A stretch of 64,000 nt of DNA. It comes from Bacilli bacterium (GTDB taxonomy: Bacteria; Bacillota_I; Bacilli_A; RFN20; CAG-826). Both the position numbers and the translations under genes were made by a program. The stretch lies in NCBI GenBank assembly GCA_045628045.1, contig JAZQOV010000002.1, forward strand, positions 106,826 through 170,825. The letters are read 5' to 3'. Shown here piece by piece: positions 49,058 through 59,691 of this stretch. The stretch's first letter is position 1; each line of letters opens with the position of its first letter. Below the pieces are notes generated by a model. It saw nothing but the letters and a program-made list of their open reading frames with translations, was not told the origin of the DNA and ran no database searches.

Positions 49058-50119
49058 ATGAAAATTGTTCAAATTATTAATACTTTAAGATATAGAGGTG
49101 GAGCAGAAGTATTTACTGTTTCACTTTGTGAAGAATTATCCAAAAGAAACGATGTTGATTTGACTTTAGTTTGCCTTCATTCAAACATTCATCCTTCTTT
49201 TCAAAAAGTCATTGATGAAGCAAAAATTAAATTGATAACTATTGATAGAAAGAATAAATTTGATTTTAAGAGCATTAGAAGGTTTAAAAACATACTAACA
49301 AGTTTAAAACCTGATGTTGTAAATTCGCATTTAGCAATTCCATTAACATATTATTTTGCATTCAAATGTAAAAAACAGAACTGGAAGTATTTTCATACAA
49401 TGCACAATATTGCTAAGTTTGAGTCTAATAAACTTGGAATTTTCGCCTTGAAAAGGCTTAATAAAAAGCAACGCGTACATTTTATTGGCATATCTGATGA
49501 TATCTCGAAATCAATCAATGATTTATATGGTAAATGTGAATTGGTCACCATAAATAATGGTGTTAAATTTTTGCAGGTAAATTCTCAAACGGCGAAACAA
49601 TATGATCTAATTTGTGTTGCTGGATTTAGACCTCAAAAAAATCACAAACTTCTTTTTGATGCTTTTGAAGAATTATATAAAGAAAATAATTCACTACGCT
49701 TACTTTGTTTGGGAGACGGAGAACTTTTCAATTATTATCAAAACTACATTAATTCCTTAGCGTGCAAAAACAATATTGAAATGCCTGGCGCAGTTGATAG
49801 CGTAGGTGAATACTTAGCAAAATCAAAAATTTTCACGTTGACTAGTTATTTCGAAGGAAATCCAATATCAATATTAGAAGCCTTAAATTTAGGTTTACCA
49901 GTGGTTGCTCCTAATGTAGGGGGTATACCTAATATCATTAAAAATGGTAGAAATGGTTTTTTATTTGAAGTTGATAACAAACGTGAGCTTGTTTCATGCT
50001 TTAAAAAATTATTAGATAATTATTCTTTAGTTAAAGAAATTCAATTAAATAATTTGAAAGATTGCAAAATGTATTCGATTGAAGAATGCTGCAATCATTA
50101 TTTAAAATCATATAAGTAA
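49058..50119 (+). CDS. GT4 glycosyltransferase
   Basis: GGAE, QKNH, EGNPISILEA, VGGIP. Confidence 0.9.
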   Translation: MKIVQIINTLRYRGGAEVFTVSLCEELSKRNDVDLTLVCLHSNIHPSFQKVIDEAKIKLITIDRKNKFDFKSIRRFKNILTSLKPDVVNSHLAIPLTYYFAFKCKKQNWKYFHTMHNIAKFESNKLGIFALKRLNKKQRVHFIGISDDISKSINDLYGKCELVTINNGVKFLQVNSQTAKQYDLICVAGFRPQKNHKLLFDAFEELYKENNSLRLLCLGDGELFNYYQNYINSLACKNNIEMPGAVDSVGEYLAKSKIFTLTSYFEGNPISILEALNLGLPVVAPNVGGIPNIIKNGRNGFLFEVDNKRELVSCFKKLLDNYSLVKEIQLNNLKDCKMYSIEECCNHYLKSYK

Positions 50120-50128
50120 GGCGCAAAA

Positions 50129-51331
50129 ATGAAAATATTACTTTTGTCTTTAATATTTGAACCAGATGTATGTTCCGGATCATACATATTTTCTGACTTA
50201 GCTACAGAATTTGTCAAAATGGGACACGAGGTTAAGGTCATTACCACGACACCTCATTATGATGAAAAAAACGCGTTTGAAAAAAGAAAATTATTAACAA
50301 AAACAAAATATAAATGGCTATACAAATCAAATTATAATGGTGCCGAGGTTTTTCATATCAATGTTAAGCCAAAAAAAGGAAATATAATTGACAGATTTGT
50401 AACTTTTTATAAGTTACAAACAAAGGCTTTGAAAATAGCTAAGAAATTAAAACTTGATGCTGATGTTATATATTCTCAAACTCCTCCGATGACTATTGGG
50501 ATGTATGCAAACAAAATTGCTAGATTAATTGGTTGCAAGAGTGTTAATATTTTGCAAGATTTATGGGTGGATGCTGTTTATCGTAAGAAGAAAATTTCTA
50601 AGTTTTTATATAGAATTTTGTTAAAAATTGAAAAGAAAATACTATTGAAATCTAGTGTTATTACAACTCTTTCTGATGAAATGAAACAAGTTGTAGATAG
50701 TAAAACAAGCCATAAAAAGGCGGCATTTGTCATTCCTAATTTTGTTAATACAAGTATCTATAAGCCATTAACAAAAAATTATAGAAGAGAATTTGGCTTT
50801 ACAGACGAAGATTTTATAATAAGCTACGTCGGAAATATTGGGAAAGCCCAAGACTTAACACCTTTATTAGATATTGCTAAAATTGATCAGAAAATAAAAA
50901 TAGTAATTGCTGGCAACGGCGCTTTAGAAAATTATTATAAAGAAATTTGCAAAAACGAATCAATAAAGAATGTTAAATTTTTAGGTTATGTTTCTAGAGA
51001 TGAATCTGTAAAGATTAATTCAATTAGCGATATGTGTTCGATAATGCTTGCCAATCACGTAACTTCAACAAGTTTTCCATCTAAAGTTTATACAATTATG
51101 GCATGTGGCAAGCCTATTTTGCTTTCCTGTAATCAAGAATCATCAATTGCTAATTTTGTCAAAAACAATCAAATTGGAATGTTATTTGACAAAGAGGAAT
51201 TATTGAAAATTTTTAAAAGCAGGGACTATAGCAAACTTTATAAATATGGACAAAATGGCCTAAAACTTTCTGCTGAGAAATATACATGTAGTGTTGTCGC
51301 AAAACAATATTTGGATGTGGTCAGATTATGA
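50129..51331 (+). CDS. GT4 glycosyltransferase, WbuB-like (probable L-FucNAc transferase)
   Basis: GHEVKVITTTPHY, QDLW.D, YVGNIGKAQ, FPSK...MACGKPI; fnlABC present upstream. Confidence 0.8.
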   Translation: MKILLLSLIFEPDVCSGSYIFSDLATEFVKMGHEVKVITTTPHYDEKNAFEKRKLLTKTKYKWLYKSNYNGAEVFHINVKPKKGNIIDRFVTFYKLQTKALKIAKKLKLDADVIYSQTPPMTIGMYANKIARLIGCKSVNILQDLWVDAVYRKKKISKFLYRILLKIEKKILLKSSVITTLSDEMKQVVDSKTSHKKAAFVIPNFVNTSIYKPLTKNYRREFGFTDEDFIISYVGNIGKAQDLTPLLDIAKIDQKIKIVIAGNGALENYYKEICKNESIKNVKFLGYVSRDESVKINSISDMCSIMLANHVTSTSFPSKVYTIMACGKPILLSCNQESSIANFVKNNQIGMLFDKEELLKIFKSRDYSKLYKYGQNGLKLSAEKYTCSVVAKQYLDVVRL

Positions 51332-52452
51332 AAAAAAACATTTTAGAAACAAAAGGCTGCAAATTCATTTCTAAAAGGCTAAAACCTTTATGTTTTAATA
51401 AATCTTTCTCTTATTTTTATAAAAAAGGAAAGATTTTTACTTTTGACAAAGATAATAAATTTCAATTCTTAACAAAAATTCCGTTAACTTTAAAAGAAAG
51501 AGTTTTTAGTAAATTCAGAATCACAGAACGTTTTTTTAGATTAGAACCACAGAGCGCAGTAGTTGCATTCGATTGTTTGTTTATTGCTCTTCATAAAGGC
51601 ATATTTTGTTACGATAAAAAAACCAGTACAACAAAATTATTTAAATTTAGAAAGAAATATATTCATACAAGCGAGCTAACAGTAATTAAAAACATTAAAG
51701 GCTTTGATGATTGTGTTGTTTTCGGTGAATACTATTATAATGAAAACCGCGAAAACGTTTGCATTTTTGCTCTTAAAGATATGGAAAAAGGTTTTGAAAA
51801 AGTTTATGAATTTCCTGCGGGAACCATTAGACATATACATTGCGTTAAAGCAAATAAAGAAAATAATTGTCTCTATGCTTTAACTGGCGATGAATCGGCA
51901 GAATCTGGTATTTTTGAAATCTCGAATAATTTTAAAATTATTAATCCGCTTGCAGTTGGCAGTCAAAAATATAGAGCGGTAATTATGTTTTTTGACAAAA
52001 CATTCGCCTATTATGCTACTGACTTTCCTTCATCAATCAACCAATTGTGTGTGTTAAATTTATTGACTGGATCTATGACTGAACTTGAACCTCTTTGTGG
52101 TCCGTGTACGGTTGGCGCGCAATTGACCAGAGGGTTCCTTTTTTCCTCTAGTGTAGAAACTGTTGAACCTAAAAACCACACAAAAATAGAAAAAATTAAG
52201 TATTTGTTTTCACACAAAATTGCTCCTGGTATTTTCGATAATAAATCGAGGTTATACTACTTTAATGGTTCATTAAAAGTCATATCTGAATTTAAAAAAG
52301 ATATTTTTTCTGCTGGAGCATTTAGGTTTGGAAGAATAATTCCGTATTTTGATAATTACCGCAAAATAATATATCTTTATTGTTGTTGTTTAAAAAGAAT
52401 AGATGGCAAACTTTATGCTATTAAAGAAGAGGATTTATTAAAAAATGAGTAA
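51328..52452 (+). CDS. Hypothetical beta-rich protein in the polysaccharide operon
   Basis: FGEY, IRHIH, TGD, GSQKYR, YATD repeats suggest a beta-propeller; coupled to neighbouring genes. Confidence 0.6.
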   Translation: MKKNILETKGCKFISKRLKPLCFNKSFSYFYKKGKIFTFDKDNKFQFLTKIPLTLKERVFSKFRITERFFRLEPQSAVVAFDCLFIALHKGIFCYDKKTSTTKLFKFRKKYIHTSELTVIKNIKGFDDCVVFGEYYYNENRENVCIFALKDMEKGFEKVYEFPAGTIRHIHCVKANKENNCLYALTGDESAESGIFEISNNFKIINPLAVGSQKYRAVIMFFDKTFAYYATDFPSSINQLCVLNLLTGSMTELEPLCGPCTVGAQLTRGFLFSSSVETVEPKNHTKIEKIKYLFSHKIAPGIFDNKSRLYYFNGSLKVISEFKKDIFSAGAFRFGRIIPYFDNYRKIIYLYCCCLKRIDGKLYAIKEEDLLKNE

Positions 52453-53527
52453 TGTGTTGTTTGTAACTCCTGTTCCATCTGATAGAGGTGGTATTGGTGT
52501 TTGGATTAAACAGATCGTGAATAATAAAACTCTTTTTGGCAATTTTAACATTTTTAATGTTTATACTTTTGAATATAAAAATATTGGTACGAAACATTCT
52601 TTTTTTGACAGGTTTGTTCGTAATTTTTTTGACATAAAAAGGGTCAAAAAAGAAATTATCAACCAGATAAGAAAAAATAAAATTGATATCATTCATATTT
52701 CTGTTACAGGAGATTTTAGTTTAATTAGAGATTTTGAAATTTTAAAACTTGCTAAAAAACAGAATATAAAAACTATAATGCATCTTCATTTCGGAAAACT
52801 TCCTATTATGAAGGAAAAAAATAATTTAAAATTTAAACTTTTTAAAAAATGTTATAAATTAGCAAGTTCAGTTTGGTGTTTAGATAAAAATAGTTATGAA
52901 ACTTGCAATTCAATTTCTTTAAAAAGAAATTTTGTTGTTCCAAATTTTATTAATACTAAAGAATTTTTAGTCGAAAAAAATAAAAGAGATTCAATTTGTT
53001 TTATTGGGTGGGTTGTTAAAACAAAGGGTGTTGAAGAACTGTTGCGAGCATGGTCTAAATTAAACAAAGAATTTGTCAATTTGAAATTAGAATTAATTGG
53101 CCCATATGAAGAATCATACAAAGAATATCTTAAGAATAATTTCGATACTAAAAATGTCATTTTTTCTGGAAGACTTGAACATGATAAGGTTCTTGAAAAA
53201 CTTAAAAGAAACAAAATATTTGTTCTACCTTCTTATAGTGAAGGATTTCCTAACGTAATACTTGAAGCAATGTCTTTTGGTATTCCAACAATTTCAACTA
53301 AGGTTGGTTGTATTCCTGAAATGTTATCAAATGAATGCGGCTTGATTGGAGAACCAAAAGATTCAGATTTTATTTATTCTTCTATTAAAGATTTATTGTC
53401 AAATCCAAATACTTATTTAAAAATATCTGAGAATTGTTATAAAAAAGTTAGAAGAGAGTATGATTTATATAAAGTTATAGAATTATACTGCAATTTATGG
53501 AGGAAACTGATCAATGAAAAACAATAA
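52445..53527 (+). CDS. GT4 glycosyltransferase
   Basis: GGI, KGVEEL, FVLPSYSEGFPNVILEAM, VGCIPE. Confidence 0.9.
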   Translation: MSNVLFVTPVPSDRGGIGVWIKQIVNNKTLFGNFNIFNVYTFEYKNIGTKHSFFDRFVRNFFDIKRVKKEIINQIRKNKIDIIHISVTGDFSLIRDFEILKLAKKQNIKTIMHLHFGKLPIMKEKNNLKFKLFKKCYKLASSVWCLDKNSYETCNSISLKRNFVVPNFINTKEFLVEKNKRDSICFIGWVVKTKGVEELLRAWSKLNKEFVNLKLELIGPYEESYKEYLKNNFDTKNVIFSGRLEHDKVLEKLKRNKIFVLPSYSEGFPNVILEAMSFGIPTISTKVGCIPEMLSNECGLIGEPKDSDFIYSSIKDLLSNPNTYLKISENCYKKVRREYDLYKVIELYCNLWRKLINEKQ

Positions 53528-54374
53528 ATTCTTTGTAAGTGTTGATTTTGAAGATTGGTATCATCTTCCTTACTTAGACAAATATGGATTTAAAAAAGAT
53601 GATTTTGATTCATATTGCAATCAAACATTATTTTTCTTTGAATTCTTAAAAGAGCAAAACATTAAAGCGACAGTATTTGTTGTTGGCGATATAGCTAAAA
53701 AACATGCAAATTTATTGAAGAAAATTGATGCGATGGGTCACGAAATTGCTTGCCACAGTCTTCATCACAAGGGTGTAAATTTGCAAAGCGACGCTGAATT
53801 CGAAAATGAAACAAAAACTGCAAAAATGAATATCGAAAACATTATAGGACATAAAATCTATGGTTTTAGAGCCCCTTCGTTCTCGATGACAATTGAAAAA
53901 TTAAAAATATTAAAGAAACTCGGTTTTAAATATGATGCAAGTTTTATTAATTCAACTGCGAATGAATATTATAGTTTGATGGATATAACGAAATTTGAAC
54001 ATGTTGAAGGTATTGTTTATAAAATAAATGATTTATTAGAATTTGAGACACCAACATTTAATTTTTTGGGGAAAAGAATGCCTTTTGCTGGTGGTGGTTT
54101 TTTTAGACTTTATCCATTTTGTATTTACAGATTGATTGCGAAGAAGTTTATGAAAAAATCAAAAACTTTTATGTTTTTCATTCACCCTTACGAAATTGTC
54201 GGAACTAAGTTTCCTGGGACAGAGTCACTTTCATTAAAGGATTCATTCAGGATAAATGTCAGGAGAAAGTCTGTATTTAAACGTTTTAAAAAGGCTATTA
54301 GTTTAGTTAATGAAGATACAATGTTTATCTCATATTTAGATTATGTTAAGGAGCACGATAAAAATGAATTTTAA
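53514..54374 (+). CDS. Polysaccharide deacetylase (DUF3473-type)
   Basis: SVDFEDW, ATVFVVG, HEIACHS..H, GFRAPSFS, GGGFFRL.P, HPYE. Confidence 0.88.
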   Translation: MKNNKFFVSVDFEDWYHLPYLDKYGFKKDDFDSYCNQTLFFFEFLKEQNIKATVFVVGDIAKKHANLLKKIDAMGHEIACHSLHHKGVNLQSDAEFENETKTAKMNIENIIGHKIYGFRAPSFSMTIEKLKILKKLGFKYDASFINSTANEYYSLMDITKFEHVEGIVYKINDLLEFETPTFNFLGKRMPFAGGGFFRLYPFCIYRLIAKKFMKKSKTFMFFIHPYEIVGTKFPGTESLSLKDSFRINVRRKSVFKRFKKAISLVNEDTMFISYLDYVKEHDKNEF

Positions 54375-55521
54375 AGGAATTAGGATTTTGGTTTTGGATG
54401 GTTTTGTAAGACAAGTTAATGGAATTCTTGAATCTATGCATGATTTAGGTTGCGAAATAACGACTTTTAATCTTTCAAGACTTGATATCGGATTTGCCTC
54501 AAGATATCCAAAACATAAAATTTTATTTAAGAAAGGCAAAGAAAATAAAAAAGAATTATATAAAGCAATATTAGAAGAGATTATGTCCGGAAAATACGAT
54601 GCCGTTTTTCCTATAAGTGATGAAACAACCTCGTTTGTTATGGATAATTACGATAAGATTTCTAAAAAAGTTAAGATTTGCGCAGCAAAACCTGAACCAT
54701 TTAGAAAAGCATATAATAAACAAATTACGATGGAAATGTGCCAATTAAATGGAATACCTTGCCCAATTACTAGAATGACAGACGAACCAATTGAAGATTT
54801 TTTAAAAAGATGTTCGTTTCCATTAGCAATTAAACCGAGAGAAGGCACTGGTAGTGTTGGATATCACAAAATTGATACAAAAGAGCAATTAATGAAATAT
54901 ATTGATTCAGGTGAAGTCGTTCCAAACGATTACATCATACAAGAGTTTATTTCCCACGATGGAAAACACTTTGATACTTATATATTCATGGATGAAAAAC
55001 ATGAATGCACAACCAAATTAGCAGGGAATAAGATTCGTTGGTTCCCGGTTGATGCTGGATCTGCGTGTTTGATTGGAACAGTCGATAATGAAGAAATCCT
55101 AGATTATTCAGTGAGATTACTTAAGGCAATTAACTGGAGTTGTTTTGCTCAAATTTATTGGATTGTTGATCCAAAAGATAATCTCCCTAAGGTTATAGAA
55201 ATCAATGGAAGAATTCCTGCCAGTATCAAAATATGTCCTTTATGCGGATATAACATAGTTCAACAAGAACTAGAATTAGCTTTTGGTGAAGAAGTTACTA
55301 AATTTAATCCTACATTTAAAGAACAATATTTAAGATATTTCCAAACCGACTTCTTATGGTTTTTGAAGTCTAAAAATAGATTTAAAGCAAAACCAAGATG
55401 GTTCTTCCCTTCAAAAACAAAAGATTATATCTTTTCTTGGAGAGACCCTTGGCCTTTCTTTGCATATTCTCTTCAATGTATTTTCAGATATAAAAAAGAT
55501 ATAAAAAAGAGAAGGCATTAA
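54364..55521 (+). CDS. ATP-grasp amino acid/carboxylate ligase-like protein
   Basis: NKQ.T...C..NGIPCP.T, FPLAIKP..G.GS.G, IQEFI, IEINGR. Confidence 0.8.
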   Translation: MNFKGIRILVLDGFVRQVNGILESMHDLGCEITTFNLSRLDIGFASRYPKHKILFKKGKENKKELYKAILEEIMSGKYDAVFPISDETTSFVMDNYDKISKKVKICAAKPEPFRKAYNKQITMEMCQLNGIPCPITRMTDEPIEDFLKRCSFPLAIKPREGTGSVGYHKIDTKEQLMKYIDSGEVVPNDYIIQEFISHDGKHFDTYIFMDEKHECTTKLAGNKIRWFPVDAGSACLIGTVDNEEILDYSVRLLKAINWSCFAQIYWIVDPKDNLPKVIEINGRIPASIKICPLCGYNIVQQELELAFGEEVTKFNPTFKEQYLRYFQTDFLWFLKSKNRFKAKPRWFFPSKTKDYIFSWRDPWPFFAYSLQCIFRYKKDIKKRRH

Positions 55522-55606
55522 TTATTTTTTATAAGCAATCAAAAATGGTTGCTTTTTTAATTTTTGTCTGTATAATGTTTTTGCTATATCAAATAAGAAA
55601 ATTGTT

Positions 55607-56452
55607 ATGGAATTCACGAAAAGATATCTGTATTTTTGCAAAATTGTAGACTCGGGGTCTATCTCAGCAGCAGCCAAGGACCTTGGATTAGCCCAGCCTT
55701 TTTTAAGTGCATTTATTAAAGACTTAGAGGGCAAACTAAATTGTTCTTTATTCGATAGAACAACTAAACCGTATCACTTAACAAGCGAAGGGGAGGCTTT
55801 TTATAGAGCCGCAAAAGCAATTATAAATCAAGAGAAAATACTTTCTCACACAATAAACGGTTTAAAAAAGAACAATGTAGTTCTTAATGTTGGTGTCGGC
55901 TCAACTAGAGTTAAAAATTTAATTGGAGATTCAATTGTTGAATATTTGAGTAAGTTTTCAAATGTTAAGCTCAATATTATCGAAATTATAAATACTGATG
56001 CTCTTGAGATCTTAGAAAATGGATCTGCTGATATTATTATTCATTTCAATGATTTATCTGATAAAAATATTATTTCTGAAATAATTTGCAAAGAAAAACT
56101 TGTTCTTGTAAGACATAAAAGTTTATCTGGAGAAGACGTTTATTCTCTTCCAAGAATTGTTTTACCAGAAGGACAATTGGTTAGAACAATATCAGATGAA
56201 ATTTGTCATGAAGGAAAAATTATACTTGAATGTGATAAACTCGATACCGCCTTATATTATGCTAACAAGGGTATTGGCACAACCATCGTGCCTTCATATT
56301 TATTAAAGGATTTTGAAAATCTTAAAACACAAGAAATAGTTGATGAAAGATGTAGCCGAAACATATATGTTTCGTACAAAAAGAACAATAATACTAAAGT
56401 AGCATTAATTAATTTTATTAATGTTCTATTAAATAATTTTACACATAGATAG
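55607..56452 (+). CDS. LysR-family transcriptional regulator
   Basis: GSISAAAKDL.LAQP.LS..IK.LE..L...LFDR. Confidence 0.92.
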   Translation: MEFTKRYLYFCKIVDSGSISAAAKDLGLAQPFLSAFIKDLEGKLNCSLFDRTTKPYHLTSEGEAFYRAAKAIINQEKILSHTINGLKKNNVVLNVGVGSTRVKNLIGDSIVEYLSKFSNVKLNIIEIINTDALEILENGSADIIIHFNDLSDKNIISEIICKEKLVLVRHKSLSGEDVYSLPRIVLPEGQLVRTISDEICHEGKIILECDKLDTALYYANKGIGTTIVPSYLLKDFENLKTQEIVDERCSRNIYVSYKKNNNTKVALINFINVLLNNFTHR

Positions 56453-56460
56453 GAGTTTTT

Positions 56461-57726
56461 ATGAATATTGCTGTAGTATCTTTAATTATCTTTGCCGCCA
56501 TTATTATCTTATTTGTAATTGATAAGCTTCCAATGGCAACAACCGCAATTCTTGGTTGCGTTCTAATGGTTATTTTTGGAGTTTGTGATTTTAAAACTGC
56601 ATTTGGCCAGTTTGCTTCGAGCACAGTAATCTTAACAATAGGAGTTATGATTATAGGCGCCGCAATATCCGAGACTGGGTTAGCGAAAGCAATTGGCAAT
56701 TGGATTGTAAAAGTATCCAAAGGAAATGAAATTATTTTAATAATCGGAACTTATTTGGTTTCTTCAGTTATGTCCATGTTTTTAACCAATTCGGCTGTTC
56801 TTGCAGTATTTATTCCAATCATAATGGGACTTGCCAAATCAAATAGTAATATCAAATCCAAAAATTTAATCATGCCTATTGCAATAGGCTGTGTCATTGG
56901 TGGAGTATCTACTTTAGTAGGTTCAACACAACAAATGACTGCACAAGGTTTGTTAGAAGAAGCCGGCTTAAGGACTTTTAAAACTTTTGATTTCACATTA
57001 GTTGGCGGAATTTTAATTTTTGTAGGTCTTATTTATTGTTTGACAATAGGTAGAATCTTAGCAAAGAAAATTTGGGGAAATAGACCAGAAGAAGAATATG
57101 AAACTGCAAAAGATGAGAATAATTACCCAAAATGGAAAATGATTGTTATGGCAGCGATTTTTGTTGTTACAGTTGTTTTCTATATCACTGAATGGATTCC
57201 ACTAGCAATTACATCATCAGCAGCTGCATTACTATGTATTATTCTTGGTTTAATTAAACAGAAGAAGGCGATTGCTAGTGTAAACTGGGATATTGTTGGA
57301 AGACTTGCCGGTTGTTTAGGAATTGGCAAGGCTTTAGAGGTAAGTGGTGGAACAACTTTGATTGCAAAAGGTTTTACAAAAATAGTTGGTACAAACATTA
57401 ATCCTTTCTTATTATTTTGTTTACTTGTTTTATTGGTGCAAGTTGCAAGTATGTTTATTTCAAATTCAACTGCAATTCTGATTGTTCTTCCAATTTTAAT
57501 TGCTATTGCGCCTGGAATGGGGCTTAACACATATGCTTATGCATTAGGCATTACTCTAGCCTCTGGTGTTGCTTTATCGTGCCCTCTAGCAAGTTCTACA
57601 CTAGGCATGTCGATGGTAGCAGGATACAAGTTTAATGACTATATTAAACACAATATTTTCTTGGATATTATTGCTTATGGACTTATTATTTTATTAGTTC
57701 CATTAATTTACGGATTGGTTTTATAA
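56461..57726 (+). CDS. SLC13/DASS family anion (di-/tricarboxylate or sulfate) permease
   Basis: ETGLA, SMFLTNSA, IGGVSTLVGST, FISNSTA, GYKF.DY.K. Confidence 0.85.
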   Translation: MNIAVVSLIIFAAIIILFVIDKLPMATTAILGCVLMVIFGVCDFKTAFGQFASSTVILTIGVMIIGAAISETGLAKAIGNWIVKVSKGNEIILIIGTYLVSSVMSMFLTNSAVLAVFIPIIMGLAKSNSNIKSKNLIMPIAIGCVIGGVSTLVGSTQQMTAQGLLEEAGLRTFKTFDFTLVGGILIFVGLIYCLTIGRILAKKIWGNRPEEEYETAKDENNYPKWKMIVMAAIFVVTVVFYITEWIPLAITSSAAALLCIILGLIKQKKAIASVNWDIVGRLAGCLGIGKALEVSGGTTLIAKGFTKIVGTNINPFLLFCLLVLLVQVASMFISNSTAILIVLPILIAIAPGMGLNTYAYALGITLASGVALSCPLASSTLGMSMVAGYKFNDYIKHNIFLDIIAYGLIILLVPLIYGLVL

Positions 57727-58237
57727 TGGTAATATTTATGACAGTTTATGATTTAAATTTAAAGATTAAAAAAATATTCGCCATATTTCCTGCTTTCTTA
57801 AAAAAAGTTAGTTTGAAGAAATGCGGAAGAAATTGCTCGATCGGGGGGGGTCATATTTTCTAGGTATTAAAAATATATCGTTAGGAAATAATGTCTCAAT
57901 AGGTTATAAAAATACATTTTATTGCACTAAAGCAGAAATAATTATTGGCGATGATGTAATTTTTGGTCCAAATGTAACAATTATTACTGGAGATCATAGA
58001 ATTGATATTGTTGATCGACCGATTGCTTCTATTAAAGATAATGAGAAATTGCCTGAAAATGATTTACCAGTAATATTTGAAGGTGATAACTGGATTGGCG
58101 CAAACTCAACCATTCTTAAAGGCGTTACCGTTGGGAAAGGTGCCGTAATTGCTGCAGGTTCAGTTGTAACTAAGGATGTTCCACCCTTAGCAATTGTCGG
58201 TGGAGTTCCTGCAAAAGTTATTAAATATCGAAAATAG
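57726..58237 (+). pseudogene. Hexapeptide-repeat O-acetyltransferase, frameshifted at a G8 tract (57843-57850)
   Basis: Frame from the coupled ATG at 57726 reads ...KKCGRNCSIGGGHIF*; downstream frame SYFLGIKNISLGNNVSIG...WIGANSTILKGVTVGKGAVIAAGSVVTKDVP; G9 joins them. Confidence 0.85.
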
Positions 58238-58245
58238 AAGACAAT

Positions 58246-58268
58246 ACTCGCCATCTGGCGGGTTTTTC
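58246..58268 (+). terminator. Terminator, repeated at 59492-59515
   Basis: actcgcca-tc-tggcgggttttt versus actcgcca-tt-tggtgggttttttt. Confidence 0.7.
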
Positions 58269-58506
58269 TTATGTACGCCTAAACCAGGGCTATAAGAAAA
58301 ACAATCTTATCTCTTCTTATTGTTCCTCCCTTATATCAAAAGGAAGGAATGGATAAATATCAATACTATTTTTGTCAAAGTTCCCTTTCTATTTTGTCAA
58401 TAAAAAATATCGAGAATCTCTTTTATTTATGCCGCCTGCCTTCGTGAAACCTTATCTTTTAAACATTTCTATTCGACAGTTTATAAATAAAGATTATAAT
58501 ATAAAT

Positions 58507-59283
58507 ATGAAAAAGAAAGTACAAATTTCCTATCTTAGAGTCATCAAAAGATTTCTTTTTATTGCTTCTGGTCTTTTATTAGTAACGTCTGTTGTTTTTG
58601 GGATTGTTGTTCTTTCTAAATGCAATGATTTATCATGCGCAACACTGTGTGATTGTTTAGGGAAGGCGGGAAGCATTTTTGCAACTATTTCTATTGGGCT
58701 TATTCCGCTAATTGTTTCTATTAACGGGAAAATTGAAAATGAGATTGAACTTAAACGAGAAGACCAGGAAAATACTGCGTTCGATTTACATGATTTTACA
58801 GATTTGTTATCGAATGATAGGACGGTTTTTGTTACTAATACTCTCGGTCAATTCAAAGATATCTACAATTTAGATAGGTTTAGAAAAGATTTCTTTTCAA
58901 ACAACAAAGCAACAATATGTAACGATATGGAAAACGCTATTATCGCCACTGATGTAAACTGGCCAAAGCGTCTTCTTGATGCCATTAAATCAAATTTATA
59001 TTATCTAAAGGTAGATGATCAAATTACGAAAACGCAAAATGATAGTCACATGATTGATCTTTTTATTGAATATCTTTATTTTATTTTGGATAAACTCGAA
59101 ATATATGCTTACAATTTTATTAATATAAGAACATTACCCGGAACATATAAAAGGGAAATTGCCCCTTTTGTTAAAGACATTTATTTTTGGTCTTATTTTA
59201 TTTTAGTAAAAACACACAATAATAATAATTTTCCATCAATTGATGTTGCGTGTGATATAATAAATATAGAGGAGGAGATTTAA
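58507..59283 (+). CDS. Hypothetical 2-TM protein with soluble C-terminal domain
   Basis: TATAAT-N6-ATG start at 58507; two N-terminal hydrophobic segments. Confidence 0.6.
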   Translation: MKKKVQISYLRVIKRFLFIASGLLLVTSVVFGIVVLSKCNDLSCATLCDCLGKAGSIFATISIGLIPLIVSINGKIENEIELKREDQENTAFDLHDFTDLLSNDRTVFVTNTLGQFKDIYNLDRFRKDFFSNNKATICNDMENAIIATDVNWPKRLLDAIKSNLYYLKVDDQITKTQNDSHMIDLFIEYLYFILDKLEIYAYNFINIRTLPGTYKREIAPFVKDIYFWSYFILVKTHNNNNFPSIDVACDIINIEEEI

Positions 59284-59474
59284 TGAGCAAAAACTGTCAA
59301 GAATTATTAAAAAAAAGCCATAAATTTAATGGAGATTCTAAAGCTATATATGTTAAATTTTCTCCGAAAGTAAATTCGGATGGTGATGTATACTTATCTC
59401 CTATAGAGAACAACGAAAAGCCTTTGTCTTACTACGAGATAAGAAAAGCTGTATTAAAATCAAGGAAAATCTAG
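59283..59474 (+). CDS. Small hypothetical protein
   Basis: GAGGAG RBS, TAATG coupling. Confidence 0.6.
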   Translation: MSKNCQELLKKSHKFNGDSKAIYVKFSPKVNSDGDVYLSPIENNEKPLSYYEIRKAVLKSRKI

Positions 59475-59691
59475 ATTTATTAAATAAGATAACTCGCCAT
59501 TTGGTGGGTTTTTTTACGACTTAACTTGTCTACATGAAAAGCGAAAATAGTCTTTATTAAAAATTTTTAAACCAATATAATAAGTTAACATTATTTGTTT
59601 TTAAAAACAATTTATTGCTAATAAAAACTTATTTGATATAGAGCCATCTGAACTAACACAATATCAACCAATATTAAGCTAAGGAGTAGTT

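Noticed and set aside
57821-58237. 138-aa acetyltransferase starting at 57821
   Set aside because: No RBS, and the real N-terminus lies in another frame upstream of the G8 tract
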